From Perkinsela sp. CCAP 1560/9 (taxonomy: Eukaryota; Protista; Euglenozoa: Kinetoplastea), in the NCBI GenBank assembly GCA_965644495.1, contig CBFFSA010000018.1, forward strand, positions 182,952-246,951: a stretch of 64,000 nt of DNA, in the 5' to 3' direction. The notes under the pieces were generated by a model that saw only the letters and a list, made by a program, of their open reading frames with translations, made no database searches and had not been told where the DNA came from. How positions within the stretch are numbered: the stretch's first letter is position 1; the number at the start of each line of letters is the position of its first letter. Both the position numbers and the translations under genes were made by a program. Positions 1 to 10,570 of this stretch are shown one piece after another.

Positions 1-752
1 GCGTGATCTCATATTGGGCCTCACCCGCAGCCCCTCAATTGTAAACCCAATAGAGGCCACAGTTTCGCCCTCCGATCCTCTTCATTTAACCCGCCCTCCC
101 ATGCCAGTGAGTGTCAAAGTGCCCGTGCAGTCCCCAATAGTCCTCCACACTGCAAGCAATGCTCCTTCTCCACGTACGAAGAAAAGTGGACGTCCAGCCG
201 GCTCACAGGCTCCCCCACGTACGGTTCAAACAACAGATTTGAACGAAATCTGAGTTTGAGTTGAGTACAATGCCGGAAAGTGTATGTATCGAAAGTAAGA
301 TAAGAAAGTCTCGAAGAAAAGTTTGCCCTTGTGTAAGATTGTAGATACACTGCATGTATTCAAAGTTGTTATTATCAAAAGGTTTTTGATTTCAAGTACG
401 TAATATTCTGTCAATGCTACACGTTTGTAAGGCGAAACAAACGGATTTAAAATTCTACAAAAAACGATTTTTGTAAGTATTAGAAGAAAACAATTAATGA
501 TAGTGAATTTTTTACGTAAAAAATTTACCAAATGAGTCATCTTGCAGCTTTAGCACCACCACCAATCCTGTCCATACGCCACACGTTACGAATACAACAC
601 ATAAGGGGGAAAAACATAGGCCCCGTGAAGCGGCTCCGAAATTTGTTTGCGGTTCACTTTCGAATTCTGCCAATCACCACAGACGCGTTGCCCCCACTCT
701 AAGTAGTTGCTCGTCTCCGTCAGTAAAAAAATCTAGGTTATCTTTTAGTTTA

Positions 753-1087
753 CAGTGAAGTATTCAAATACGAGTGGATTATATTACGGTTATTTTTAAT
801 TACGGTTATTTTTAATTAAGATTATTTTTATCCACGAAAAAAAATACCTTTTTTCACGTCTATCACCATCGACCTCACTTTCATACGAAACATAAACCTT
901 TATAAAATGATCACAGACGAAACCAGTGGCTTGGGCGCTTAAAAGGTACTCAAAAAGTGTGTTCAAAACTTATTAATTTACGAGTGGATTATATTACGGT
1001 TGATTTAATTAAGATTAATTTTAGCCCAAAAATAACCTTAAAAGCGTACTTAAATAATACCGTACTTAAATATACAATGTAACACTG
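753..1087 (-). mobile_element. Degenerate TA-flanked MITE (CAGTG...CACTG), same family as 21481-22055, inverted
   Basis: ta|CAGTGAAGTATTCAAATACGA ... AACACTG|ta. The internal ~15-bp ATTACG repeats and ATTAAGATTATTTT blocks align with the reverse complement of 21481-22055. Confidence 0.65.
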
Positions 1088-1264
1088 TACGTGTATTGTT
1101 GGTGAAAACAAATGTCGCATCAAAATTCTTTTAATGTATAAGTGCAAGAGCGATGGGCTTGCAAAACCATTCGGCGGTGATACTTAAAAAAGGTCATTCT
1201 CTTCTACTCCCCATCCGATTAACTTTGATAATGATAAAAGATGATGATAAATCAAATCGACTTA

Positions 1265-1340
1265 CCGTATACCCCCCAGTAAGAGAGATTTGGTCCTTTT
1301 TCGGCTGACCCCCAGCAAGAGAGATTTTTCTCGGGAGGCG
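1265..1340. mobile_element. Solo end of the CCGTA(G/T)ACCCCCCAGTAA MITE family
   Basis: ta|CCGTATACCCCCCAGTAAGAGAGATTTGGTCCTTTTTCGGCTGACCCCCAG matches the reverse complement of the right end of 24339-24644. Confidence 0.65.
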
Positions 1341-1420
1341 TATAGGGCGTAGGGGGTGGGTGTCCGGATGTCGGGAGCCTCGGCTACCCCCCCGGCTACA
1401 CCCCCCGGCTCCCTCCGGCT

Positions 1421-1702
1421 ACACCCCCCGGGTAGGGGGGTGGAAAATACGCGCCAAGACCCCGGCTACCCCGTCTGCGGGTTTTTTTCGAAAAATAATT
1501 TTTTCAAAAAAAAAATTCGTGCGGTATGCCCCCCCCCTAGACCCCCCATTTTTTCAATTTTTTCAATTTTGGACCACCGGAGCCCCCTTTTATATTTTTT
1601 TCTTCTATTATTTTACTGTGTTCCTCTTTATATTTTCACTGTTTTTGTTCACTTTTTTTTCAATAATCGAGTGTAGAGCGGTAGTTATACAACCACCGCA
1701 AT
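1421..1702 (+). repeat. Dispersed ~300-bp repeat, copy A
   Basis: Aligns with 10171-10474 (+) and 24709-25206 (-). Ends in the near-palindrome GCGGTAGTTATACAACCACCGC. Confidence 0.85.
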
Positions 1703-2017
1703 TTATTTTAAACGATGTGCGCTTAAAAGAGGCGTCTGATTCACTACATGATAAAAAATTTGGCGCCGCTTTGCGACGCCGGAATCTGCACCTGGACTCT
1801 ATGTGCGCTTAAACGGGGAGTCTGACTGGGTGCGCTTAAGGGGAGGGGGGACACTAAGAACCAAAAACAGCTTTTAGGCGTCCGATTTATAGGCGAAAAA
1901 GGTAACTTTTTCCCCCAGATTTGGGTCATTTTCGGTGTTCGAATTGTAAAATTTGTGACTTCGCTGTTCTAGAGAACGAAATATGTTTCAACGAGGGAAA
2001 AAAATTGATTTATCATT

Positions 2018-2140
2018 TGATGGGCTGCGGGTGGCTAGGTTTTACGAGGTTTCACCGAGATTTCGCGAAGTTTCACGAGGTTTCACCGAGGTTTCGCGAA
2101 GTTTCACGAAGTTTCGCGAGGTTTCACCTGCAGCCCCTCA
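2018..2140. mobile_element. Small TIR element (TGAGGGGCTGCRGG family) filled with 10-11-bp tandem repeats
   Basis: TGATGGGCTGCGGGTG ... CACCTGCAGCCCCTCA, with an interior of (GTTTCRCGAR)n. Matching termini also occur at 24-37, 2494 and 27730. Confidence 0.6.
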
Positions 2141-2968
2141 CTTATCAAAAAAATAATTTTTTAATGAATCATTAGTTGGGATAAAAGATAAAAAAGTCCA
2201 TTTATCAAAATTAAACAGATGGGGAGTATACGTTTTTTTGGGAATCACTTTTGAAATCAATTGCAGTCTTTTGTGCGAATTATAGAAGGCGCTCGGAAGA
2301 ATACGCTTTATATGGCGCGACTAAAAACAGCTACATCGGGAGGATGGGTAGAGTGCTCAACTGCTGGTCTACAAATGCTGCGGAACCAATTTGCAGAGCA
2401 CCCTTCTCTTTTTCCTCGCTGTGTAGGAACTCGTTTATCAAAACTCTTGTCACAGGAAAAGGAAAACCTGGATTTTCCGCAATGTAAATCTATTGAGGGG
2501 CTGCGGATATACATCATCGAACCCGCGGCGAACCCGCGCTTTCTATTTGGTGTCAAAATGAACCATTTTGGTCCGAAAAAGTACGTTTAACGAGCAAAAT
2601 GTAACGTAAAACGCAGTGTTTTTGCGCTTTACATGTACTCTAATAGTTATTACAAATCACACTTGACGTTTCGCGACTGTTTTTCAGGCACAAAAAAACT
2701 TGAGCTCGAGAAGGTCTCCGTCTCAGACGATGCCGAACCCGCACCGATTTTTTTTGCAATTTGGGTGGGGAATCTGTGCAGTCTGGGTGCTCCGGTCCCA
2801 AACCCTCAAAATACGCTTTAGAAGTCGATTTTGGAAAAGTAATATTTTAACTTTTTTTTTTGGTAAAAAAAAAAGGATAAGTTACGTACTAGGATAAGTC
2901 TAGGGAGGTAACGGTAGGGGTAATGGTAGGGGGAGGGTAACGGGGGGGATAATCTCCTCACACGACAA

Positions 2969-4510
2969 TCAACACCGAACGCCAGTACCTAGCCTCACTC
3001 CCTCCACGCTCATCATTTCCTCCGCGGTCAGCTGTGGGGACTGAAAGTCTCTTACACTCAATGACCCACAGTACTCCCACATTTCCTCCATCGAGGTCGA
3101 GTTCCACAGATCACGCAGGATAAACCGCTGAGACACAGGAAACGGATGTCCCTCCGTGCTGAACACATACGGACGGTGATGCAAGACATTATCCTCGTCG
3201 AACACAAGATAGAGATACAACAGCGTCTCGCTGAGCACAAACGACTCCATGTGATCGCTGTAAGTGTTATTCCGCACATCCGGTAACGCACTCAACCCGC
3301 ACCTCACACGGGTACGGTTCCGCAGGGTGTGGACAAGATACGTCGCCTGGGTACGATAGTAGGGGTCCCGTGTGGTACGGTAGAGGTGATAGAGCGACTC
3401 GGCTAGCTCCGGACGCAGGGGATACCCCTCCTGGCCCTCTGCAGGCTCCCCGGCCCATACATCCCACCCCTCTGGAGTGGCCCCAAACCGTTTCCACACC
3501 CCTAGAGGGGCTTCAACGGTGTCCCACACACACCGTGGCGACACCCCGGCAAAGGCTCGGAGTCCGGGGTAAAAAAATCCGAGGGCGTTGGCAACGGGAC
3601 GGTTAAGAATTCCAGACTCCATCTCCACATCCAGGTACCACCCTCCACGTCGAAGATACCTCTCGACTGCGGATGTGAGGTTACGGTACATACACAGGAA
3701 TTCGACCTCCTCAAAAAGCACATAGGCCTTGAAGAGGTACTCGAGGTAACTGTCTACGGAAGTACCGACGGTGGCGACCGTCTGGGTCCATTCCCCGGTG
3801 GTGATGTTTATGTGATTACCGAGAAGCCCCAGCGGACTGCGGAAGTAAAACAACGCCTGGGAGGCCCTCCGCGCGGCCTCAGCGTATCGCATATCCCCCG
3901 TGAGCGCACTCAGAACACCAAACTCCAGCAGGAATGTCCCACCCGCCGCAGTCGCAGTCTCAGAGGTCTCCCGTACATGAACACCATGCCGCAGGTTCAC
4001 CGAACCAAACGGTATCCCCGTAGGGGTGTCAAACGCGCGCAACAGACGATTCGCAAGATCTTTCGCTAACAAAAGCAGTCCTCCCTTGTAGTCATCCACC
4101 CCGGGGTCCACAACCACCACCCCCTCCTCATACATCAAGTGTGCGCTCAGCAGTCCACCCAGGACTCGAATATTCACCTCGAACACCGAGACCTGCCGGT
4201 TCTGGTCGAAACGCACATTCTCCGTGACCCATTTCACGTCGTGCCGGAACGCCTCGTGTCGCCCCACCACGGCCAGGGAGGGGAGGGCGTCGATGAGCGT
4301 CAGCGCACACCCGCAGAGGGTGTCGACCCCGCGGCAGCTGCAGGGCCGGATCTCATCGAAGGGGAAGCCGTGGGACTTGTAGCTGTCGTACGCGTGGTTG
4401 AAGAGCTCGAGAACCTCGGCGCGGGTGTCGGGGGGGTGAGGCTGGGCGGGGGAAGAAACGTCGCTGGACAGAAGAAGGGGTAGGAGGAGGAGAATAAGAT
4501 AGGGCCGCAT
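2969..4510 (-). CDS. ER degradation-enhancing alpha-1,2-mannosidase-like protein (glycoside hydrolase family 47, EDEM-like)
   Basis: Signal peptide MRPYLILLLLPLLLSS. GH47 motifs: FNHAYDSY..H.FPFDE, LTLIDAL, VSVFEVNIRVLGGLLSAH, DSYLEYLFK, YPLRPELAES, MESFVLSETL.YLYL.F, FSTEGHP. Confidence 0.93.
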   Translation of the reverse strand: MRPYLILLLLPLLLSSDVSSPAQPHPPDTRAEVLELFNHAYDSYKSHGFPFDEIRPCSCRGVDTLCGCALTLIDALPSLAVVGRHEAFRHDVKWVTENVRFDQNRQVSVFEVNIRVLGGLLSAHLMYEEGVVVVDPGVDDYKGGLLLLAKDLANRLLRAFDTPTGIPFGSVNLRHGVHVRETSETATAAGGTFLLEFGVLSALTGDMRYAEAARRASQALFYFRSPLGLLGNHINITTGEWTQTVATVGTSVDSYLEYLFKAYVLFEEVEFLCMYRNLTSAVERYLRRGGWYLDVEMESGILNRPVANALGFFYPGLRAFAGVSPRCVWDTVEAPLGVWKRFGATPEGWDVWAGEPAEGQEGYPLRPELAESLYHLYRTTRDPYYRTQATYLVHTLRNRTRVRCGLSALPDVRNNTYSDHMESFVLSETLLYLYLVFDEDNVLHHRPYVFSTEGHPFPVSQRFILRDLWNSTSMEEMWEYCGSLSVRDFQSPQLTAEEMMSVEGVRLGTGVRC

Positions 4511-5101
4511 TTACATGTAGGTAAGAAAGTGGAAGGGGGAAGGGGGGGATGTGGGGGTAGGGGGAGAGGATAGGGTAGTCGTGGAGTATTACGGAGAGGT
4601 CATGAGGTGGGTAGGGTGGTTCCGTCGTGCATGTGTGAGATAAGGAAAGCGTAGTCGTGCTATTTGTTTTTGAAATTATACGATGAAAATAGAGTAATTT
4701 TGAGAACGGAATGTGCCAAAACACAAAATACTTCTACAAAATACTTGATTAAAACGTAGTGCTATAAACGACACCCTTTTAAGGTTTAACTAACGATTCA
4801 TCAACAATAGAAGTGTATGCACATACTCTACCGTGTACACGTACAAAGCAGCTACTGTGAAGTTTTTTGTATTTTGAAAACACCAACGTAATGGTTAAAT
4901 AGAGAGAATTGAAATACAAATACTTACATTTTCAAACATTAGCACTGTACCACGCATGAGAAACATAAGTCCTATGTACACCTCTGAGTGCCACAACAGA
5001 CCATTTTTATTTATGTACACTCTTCTTATCTGCAAGACCACTTCAAAGGATATGAACACACATGTATTCCATCTGCTATCGTACACCTCGATAAAAGAAA
5101 T

Positions 5102-5788
5102 TCATCTACGGGAGCTTCGCTTTGACCCTGTTTCGGCCTCCGCGTCATCCTTCCCCTTTTTTCCTTTTCCTTTGCTTTTTTTTGTCTTCTTTGGTGCGGC
5201 GCCTCGGGAGTTAGACTCATGAAGAGTAGCCAGACGTGCATTAGTCTCCTCCAGGCTAAACGCCTCAGCATCGAAAGGCCCCCCTAGCCAATCTACGAGT
5301 TCCTTCTTCTTCTTCGAGCTGTCCGGCTTTTTCATCGCTTGGATGAGCTCGTCGTATCCCCAGCACCCACCACAGTCTTCAGGGGGACGAGCTCGCTTTC
5401 CTTTTATGCAAATTGGATATTGAACAGAAGAGTCCAACGGGAGAACTTTTTCGATTTGTACCGCGTGGTACCAATCATCTCCAAAGTCGTAGTTGTACCG
5501 GAATTGTTTCACATTCAATAAGATCACATGGCTAAGGATGATGTCGCTCTCGCACAGAATCCCCATATCCGAGTCCTTGAGATCACAATAGGCTGGGTGA
5601 TTTATCGGCATGTAATCTTGTTTGAGGATGGTAAAGGAGTGCAAGTGATAATCGAGCCATCCAAATGCCCGTTGAATGATCTCGTGGAGATCGGAGAGAG
5701 AGTCGGATGTTTTCATGATGACTCTTCGCCAGATTGGGGGACGGCAGTCTTCCACAGTAATCTTCAGTTGTACGGCAAAGTTGGACAT
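5102..5788 (-). CDS. Plasmid pRiA4b ORF-3 family protein
   Basis: Family motifs PPIWRR, LHEIIQRAFGWLDYHLHSF, YNYDFGDDWYHAV.IEK, PICIKGKRARPPEDCGG, FDAEAFSL. Added Lys-rich C-terminal tail. Confidence 0.88.
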   Translation of the reverse strand: MSNFAVQLKITVEDCRPPIWRRVIMKTSDSLSDLHEIIQRAFGWLDYHLHSFTILKQDYMPINHPAYCDLKDSDMGILCESDIILSHVILLNVKQFRYNYDFGDDWYHAVQIEKVLPLDSSVQYPICIKGKRARPPEDCGGCWGYDELIQAMKKPDSSKKKKELVDWLGGPFDAEAFSLEETNARLATLHESNSRGAAPKKTKKSKGKGKKGKDDAEAETGSKRSSRR

Positions 5789-6032
5789 TACAATTTGTGA
5801 AATTATGAGATATGAGGAAGCGTGAAGTTGCTACGACCTACTAGTACGTATTTAAGTCATTAACTTATTAGTACCATTAACAAAAGTACATCAATAAAAG
5901 TACGAATAAGATCTTCATCGTTAAAGTATCTGTTATAATACGATCTAATGCGAGAATAAGATCTACTCCGAGATAGTAAGGTCTATTGCGAAACGGAACC
6001 CCCTTTTTTGTCATATGAACTCTAAAAAAACT

Positions 6033-7136
6033 TTACGATTCTGGCAGTAGTTGCGTATCATCATATTGAAAATCCGACAACTTATTCGAAAGTTTCTCCC
6101 AAAAAACGTTATTATTCATATGGAGCTCTGGATTGTTGTGCAGCCATAAAACGTTTAAGGCCATTGTATCAAGTCTAAGCATATCAAGTTGCAATATACC
6201 AGAAAAAGAATTATTATTTATGGTGATTTCCTCCAGAGAAGACGATAAGTGCTCTAAATCAGGCGTTCCTGTAAACCTGTTATGCTCTAAATACATGAGA
6301 TTAATACCTGGTGGCAAAGAGGAGAAATATACACTTCCCGATAACTTGTTGTGACTGACATCTAATTCTGTGAGCGTGAGAGGAAAAGAACCTAATTCGA
6401 CATTTCCTTCAAACTGGTTATGGCCCAAGTCAATAACTTGTAAATTGCCGGGCAGTTGGCTGAAATCCAAAGTTTCGGTAAACGAATTCTGTGACAGCGA
6501 TAAAATTTTTAGTGAGGCTGGAAGTGAACTAAGGTGCACCGATCCGCTTAATCGATTGCTCCGCATGTAAATATCAACCAGCGTTCTCGGCAACCAATTG
6601 AACTTTAAATGGCCGGATAACTTCATGCCATGCCAGAGAATGACTGAAACCTTTTCAGTTTCGCATCGTATGCCTTTCCACATACACGCATGCGATGAAG
6701 TACTCCATGAAGGGTGCGGATTTTCAAGATCTTCTATAACATGCGCAAGGTTATATTCCTGAGGTAAAAGTGCTCCTCTTACCTTGCATGGACCGCGATT
6801 CTTGTTAGGAACATCCGTGGTATACAGTGGAACGAGAATCATATGGCATTTAGTACGTGCAAAATGATACCTTGAAGCAAAGATATATCGTGGTTTGATG
6901 ATGTATGTGGTTTGATCATTACCGTAGACCTCCCAGTAAGAGACATTTTTTTCACAAATTTCCCTTACTTTTTCTTCTGAAGAAGAAGAAGATGAAAAGT
7001 GCTTTCTTTCATTTTCTGCAACTTTGAAAGGAACCAAATTTTGACGCACAAAACTATATTCTTCACTTGTCATCAGGTTTAAATTATAGCAAGAACTATT
7101 TGTTTGTGAAAAATTATTTGTTTGTATAAAAGGCAT
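6033..7136 (-). CDS. Leucine-rich repeat protein (start uncertain)
   Basis: Cap motif ACMWKGIRC followed by repeats of LPxxLxxLxLxxNxFxGxxxL. Confidence 0.85.
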   Translation of the reverse strand: MPFIQTNNFSQTNSSCYNLNLMTSEEYSFVRQNLVPFKVAENERKHFSSSSSSEEKVREICEKNVSYWEVYGNDQTTYIIKPRYIFASRYHFARTKCHMILVPLYTTDVPNKNRGPCKVRGALLPQEYNLAHVIEDLENPHPSWSTSSHACMWKGIRCETEKVSVILWHGMKLSGHLKFNWLPRTLVDIYMRSNRLSGSVHLSSLPASLKILSLSQNSFTETLDFSQLPGNLQVIDLGHNQFEGNVELGSFPLTLTELDVSHNKLSGSVYFSSLPPGINLMYLEHNRFTGTPDLEHLSSSLEEITINNNSFSGILQLDMLRLDTMALNVLWLHNNPELHMNNNVFWEKLSNKLSDFQYDDTQLLPES

Positions 7137-7313
7137 CTACAGAAAATAATGAGAACGGGCGAGTGAATTTCAAAAAAAAAATAAGTTGAAATATCAAAAA
7201 TCAAAAGAAAATGTGCGCAAACAAGTTTCCGTCGGAGGCAATTCCATCAAAACAATTTCAACAAAATTCGAATCAATGCATGCCAGTGAAAAATATTTAG
7301 AAGAAAACAGACA

Positions 7314-7362
7314 GCAGGTCCTAAGAAAAAGCAGATCCTAAGAAAAAGCAGGTCCTAAGAAA
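7314..7362. repeat. 17-bp tandem repeat x3
   Basis: GCAG(G/A)TCCTAAGAAAAA repeated three times. Confidence 0.85.
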
Positions 7363-7470
7363 GTGGCAAGAAAACAAGATCAAGTTTACATATTCCTGAA
7401 GAATCGTAGAAATTCACGTGATTACATCAAGAAAACCCGGAGAATAAAGCAAGAAGAAATAATACCGAAT

Positions 7471-9498
7471 TCACCCACAAGCGTTTTGTTCGTTCAGATT
7501 CTTCACGTGTTCGTTGAGTACAGATCGGTTATCCAACTGAGCGGCATTAAACAACAAATACGGGACCTTCTCTTCTTTGTCCTTGCACGTTGCAAGGAAC
7601 CTGATCCCCTCTTCCCCGTCTCTCTTCTTCAGTTCCGGCGAGAAACGTCGCATCTGGGACACTGTGACCCAATAACAAGAGTAAAACCTTTTCTTCTGCG
7701 CCTTCTTGCGTAGTATGCGCTGTACTGCTCTGGGGTACACCGTACCGCAATACCCACTGCGCATCACACGTGTTGCGCTCCCCATTTCCGCATTCTTCCT
7801 CGCCCCATGGATCACAGCGTGTGGACATGTCGTTTGATCGGCATTAAACCATTCCACTCCTTGTTCCGGAACCGCATCCCCTTCACCTCCATCCTCCATC
7901 CCTTCTTTTGCTTCATTTTCTCCCCCTTTCGTCGCCTTCCTCGACAACACAACCCCTGTCATCCCGGGTTTCAACTCCACTACTCCCTTCCCCTCACGCC
8001 CCAACTCCCTCTTCCGGAGCCACACATTACTGCGGTACCCTTGTCGTTCAGCCTCCTCCCACAACACGGCCTGGGCGCTCAACCTCATGAGTTTTCCCGT
8101 AGCATACTGAATCATTCCCCCACGACGGGCTCGGGCACATAACGTCTCCTTCCCCGTCGTGTGCTCCGCATTATACAAACGGATCACACGTGTAGTGGTC
8201 GTCGTCTTCCCCCCTTCCCTTTTCTCCCCCTCCCCCCCCTCCCCTGTCTTATCCCCCTCCTCCGTGGTCCCACCCTTTTCGGCCCCCCTCTTTGTCTTCT
8301 CCCCCCGACTCCCCGCACACGTTACGACCCGCAGCACACACCGTACGGCGTCGGGGCTTACCCCGAGGCTGGCGCCGTAGACGCGGCGCAGGGCGTCGGG
8401 GGAGATCCAGTGCGGGGAGCGCAGGCCGTGGCGCCTCGCGAACCCGCGCAGGGCGTGCTGGGTGGGGGGGCAGGGGAGGGGGGCGTTGGTGAGGGCGGAG
8501 CGCGCGACGCGGTGGCGGGCGTGGGAGAGGGCCGCGGGGGGGTGGGAGAGGGCCGCGAGGGGGTAGAGCGTGCAGGGGGCGGTGGGGGAGTGCGTGAAGG
8601 AAGGGGGTGAAGCTGGGGAAGGGGGTGAAGCTGGGGAAGAGGGTGAAGCTGGGGAAGGGGGTGAAGCTGGGGAAGGGGGTGAAGCTGGGGAAGAAGAGGG
8701 TGAAGCTGGGGGAGGGGGTGAAGCTGGGGAAGGGGGTGAAGCTGGGGAAGGGGGTGAAGAAGAGGAAGGGGGTGAAGCTGGGGAAGAAGCCATAGAGGAG
8801 GAGTCAGAGGGTGAAGGAGTGGACGATGGGGAAGATGTAACATCGGCATCAAAAGAAGAAGGAGAAGAAGGCGAAGATGAGGTGTCATGGAGCAGGGTAA
8901 CGGTACGTACCCTTTGGGTTGTACGGGGGTGGAGGAGGGGACTACGGGGGAAGGATACCCCGTGGGCTCCGGGGATGGGGGTGAGGGTTCCGTCGGCGAT
9001 GAGAGGGAGGTCGGATTGGGCTATCCAGAGATGGGAGTTGAGATTTTTTCGTGCCGAGACGGCGTGGAGGATACGTTGGACGTCCGGGCGGAAGGGGGAT
9101 AGGGTGGCGATGTCGATACAGGGCTTGGCGTGACGGAGGTAGGCTGCGTGCTTGCGGATATACGTGAGAGCGAGCTCAGGATTGGTGGTCTGGTCAAGGT
9201 TGTACCATTGGATAGGCCGTGAGTCTACGTAGCTAAGTGCTTGTGATGCGACAGTTCGCTGCTTGACACTACCATCCGCGGTTTCATTTGCAGATGTGCC
9301 GAAATCTGGGATCTCGGACTTAATTTGAACGTTTCCTCCGGTCAGCCATTCTAATTGCCGTGAAGTGATCCAATATGGAGAAGAGAAGTGATGTGCTTTT
9401 GCGGAAGTGACTAAAGTAAGAGAAACTGAATAATGAAAAGGCTTTCCAGAGAAACCTTGTAACGGGAGATAGCGAAGAGTGGTACTTACGCGCATCAT
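7471..9498 (-). CDS. Kinetoplastid Tc-38 (p38/RBP38-like, ArdC-N-related) multi-domain nucleic-acid-binding protein, probably mitochondrial
   Basis: About five repeats of L..(A)...(F/Y).S..W(I/V/L)....(W/F/Y)NxxQ: FSSPYWIT..WYNLDQT; LNSHLWI; LRSPHWI..LYNAEHT; YRSNVWL..WFNADQT; FYSCYWVT..LFNAAQL. First ATG gives MMRVSTTLRYL, like a mitochondrial presequence. The ORF-track start at 9546 is TTG. Confidence 0.72.
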   Translation of the reverse strand: MMRVSTTLRYLPLQGFSGKPFHYSVSLTLVTSAKAHHFSSPYWITSRQLEWLTGGNVQIKSEIPDFGTSANETADGSVKQRTVASQALSYVDSRPIQWYNLDQTTNPELALTYIRKHAAYLRHAKPCIDIATLSPFRPDVQRILHAVSARKNLNSHLWIAQSDLPLIADGTLTPIPGAHGVSFPRSPLLHPRTTQRVRTVTLLHDTSSSPSSPSSFDADVTSSPSSTPSPSDSSSMASSPASPPSSSSPPSPASPPSPASPPPPASPSSSPASPPSPASPPSPASPSSPASPPSPASPPSFTHSPTAPCTLYPLAALSHPPAALSHARHRVARSALTNAPLPCPPTQHALRGFARRHGLRSPHWISPDALRRVYGASLGVSPDAVRCVLRVVTCAGSRGEKTKRGAEKGGTTEEGDKTGEGGEGEKREGGKTTTTTRVIRLYNAEHTTGKETLCARARRGGMIQYATGKLMRLSAQAVLWEEAERQGYRSNVWLRKRELGREGKGVVELKPGMTGVVLSRKATKGGENEAKEGMEDGGEGDAVPEQGVEWFNADQTTCPHAVIHGARKNAEMGSATRVMRSGYCGTVYPRAVQRILRKKAQKKRFYSCYWVTVSQMRRFSPELKKRDGEEGIRFLATCKDKEEKVPYLLFNAAQLDNRSVLNEHVKNLNEQNACG
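8601..8790. repeat. 18-bp coding minisatellite (SPASPP)n inside the Tc-38-domain gene
   Basis: About 10 copies of GGGGGTGAAGCTGGGGAA. Confidence 0.9.
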
Positions 9499-9600
9499 TG
9501 ACCTGATTAAACAGTGAAAAAGATTTCGAAAAATGAAAGCTTTCAAATCTGAAGGAAGGATAAGTAGAATTTTTGGTTGTACAAATTAGCTCGTGTAGCA

Positions 9601-9717
9601 TTTCTTTTTTAGGCTCTTCGTTAAACGCGGTGGTTGTTTTCAACTTAGAAGTCACTCATGCTGCGCGCTTCGAGTTGAAAACTACCGCCGCGTTTAACGA
9701 AGAGCCTAAAAAAGAAA
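9601..9717. repeat. ~50-bp-arm inverted repeat (foldback)
   Basis: TTTCTTTTTTAGGCTCTTCGTTAAACGCGGTGGTTGTTTTCAACT ... AGTTGAAAACTACCGCCGCGTTTAACGAAGAGCCTAAAAAAGAAA. One arm recurs at ~25630-25668. Confidence 0.9.
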
Positions 9718-10170
9718 ATTTAGCCTGGAAAACGGAAAGATTATAGCCAAAAATAGCCGAATTTCGGGTAAAAATGGGGTGATTTTCGCATATTTTTGCT
9801 CTCAGAGCACTAAATCCGACATTTGCGCGTGGGAAATCACTCGTAGGCATGAATGGAAGCCTACCGAACGTATTGGGTAGAGAATGCGACTCCAACCATA
9901 CCAATCTTTCGACACAAAAATGCCCCTTTAGGTCCGAAAAATACTTTTTTACCTTTTTGAAATGACCCCAAAAAGGGTCATTTTGAGGGGCGCACCACGG
10001 TTAGAAGAAGTGATACCTTGCGAAAACAACTGCGGAGAAAGCTAGTGTAGGTCCCAAACTATCAAAATACAATAGGGGAAACGTTTTTGGAAAAATATTT
10101 TTTTTGCCATTTTTTTCGCCAAGTTGAATTTTTTTTCAAAATTTTTTTTCCGAAAAATTCCGAGCTTGGC

Positions 10171-10474
10171 GGACCCGTCCTGCGGATACGCGGGGGGGTC
10201 ACCCCCGGGTAGGGGGGTGGAAAATGCGCGCCAAGACCCCGGCTACCCTTTCTGCGGGTTTTTTTCGAAAACTATTTTTTTCGAAAAAATTTGCTCGACC
10301 ATGACCCCCCCCCCCTGGCCCCCTATTTTTTTCAATTTTTTTTTCAGTTTTGGACCACCGGAGATATTTTTTTCTTCTATTATATTACTGTGTTCCCCTT
10401 TATATTTTCACTGTTTTTGCTCTCTTTTTTTTCAATAATCGAGGGTAGAGCGGTAGTTTTACAACCACCGCAAT
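10171..10474 (+). repeat. Dispersed ~300-bp repeat, copy B
   Basis: High similarity to 1421-1702 and to the reverse complement of 24709-25206. Confidence 0.85.
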
Positions 10475-10570
10475 ATCCATGTATACATCTTGATCGTTCT
10501 TTGAATTGAACAGCAGAATATTTACATGTGCGGACAAGAATTTACCCATGAGAAAAGAAATGCGTTACCA

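Noticed and set aside
1356-1812. ORFs in the dispersed repeat (also 10124-10509 and 24961-25231)
   Set aside because: Frames are not conserved between copies, and the Phe/Lys/Pro runs come from homopolymers.
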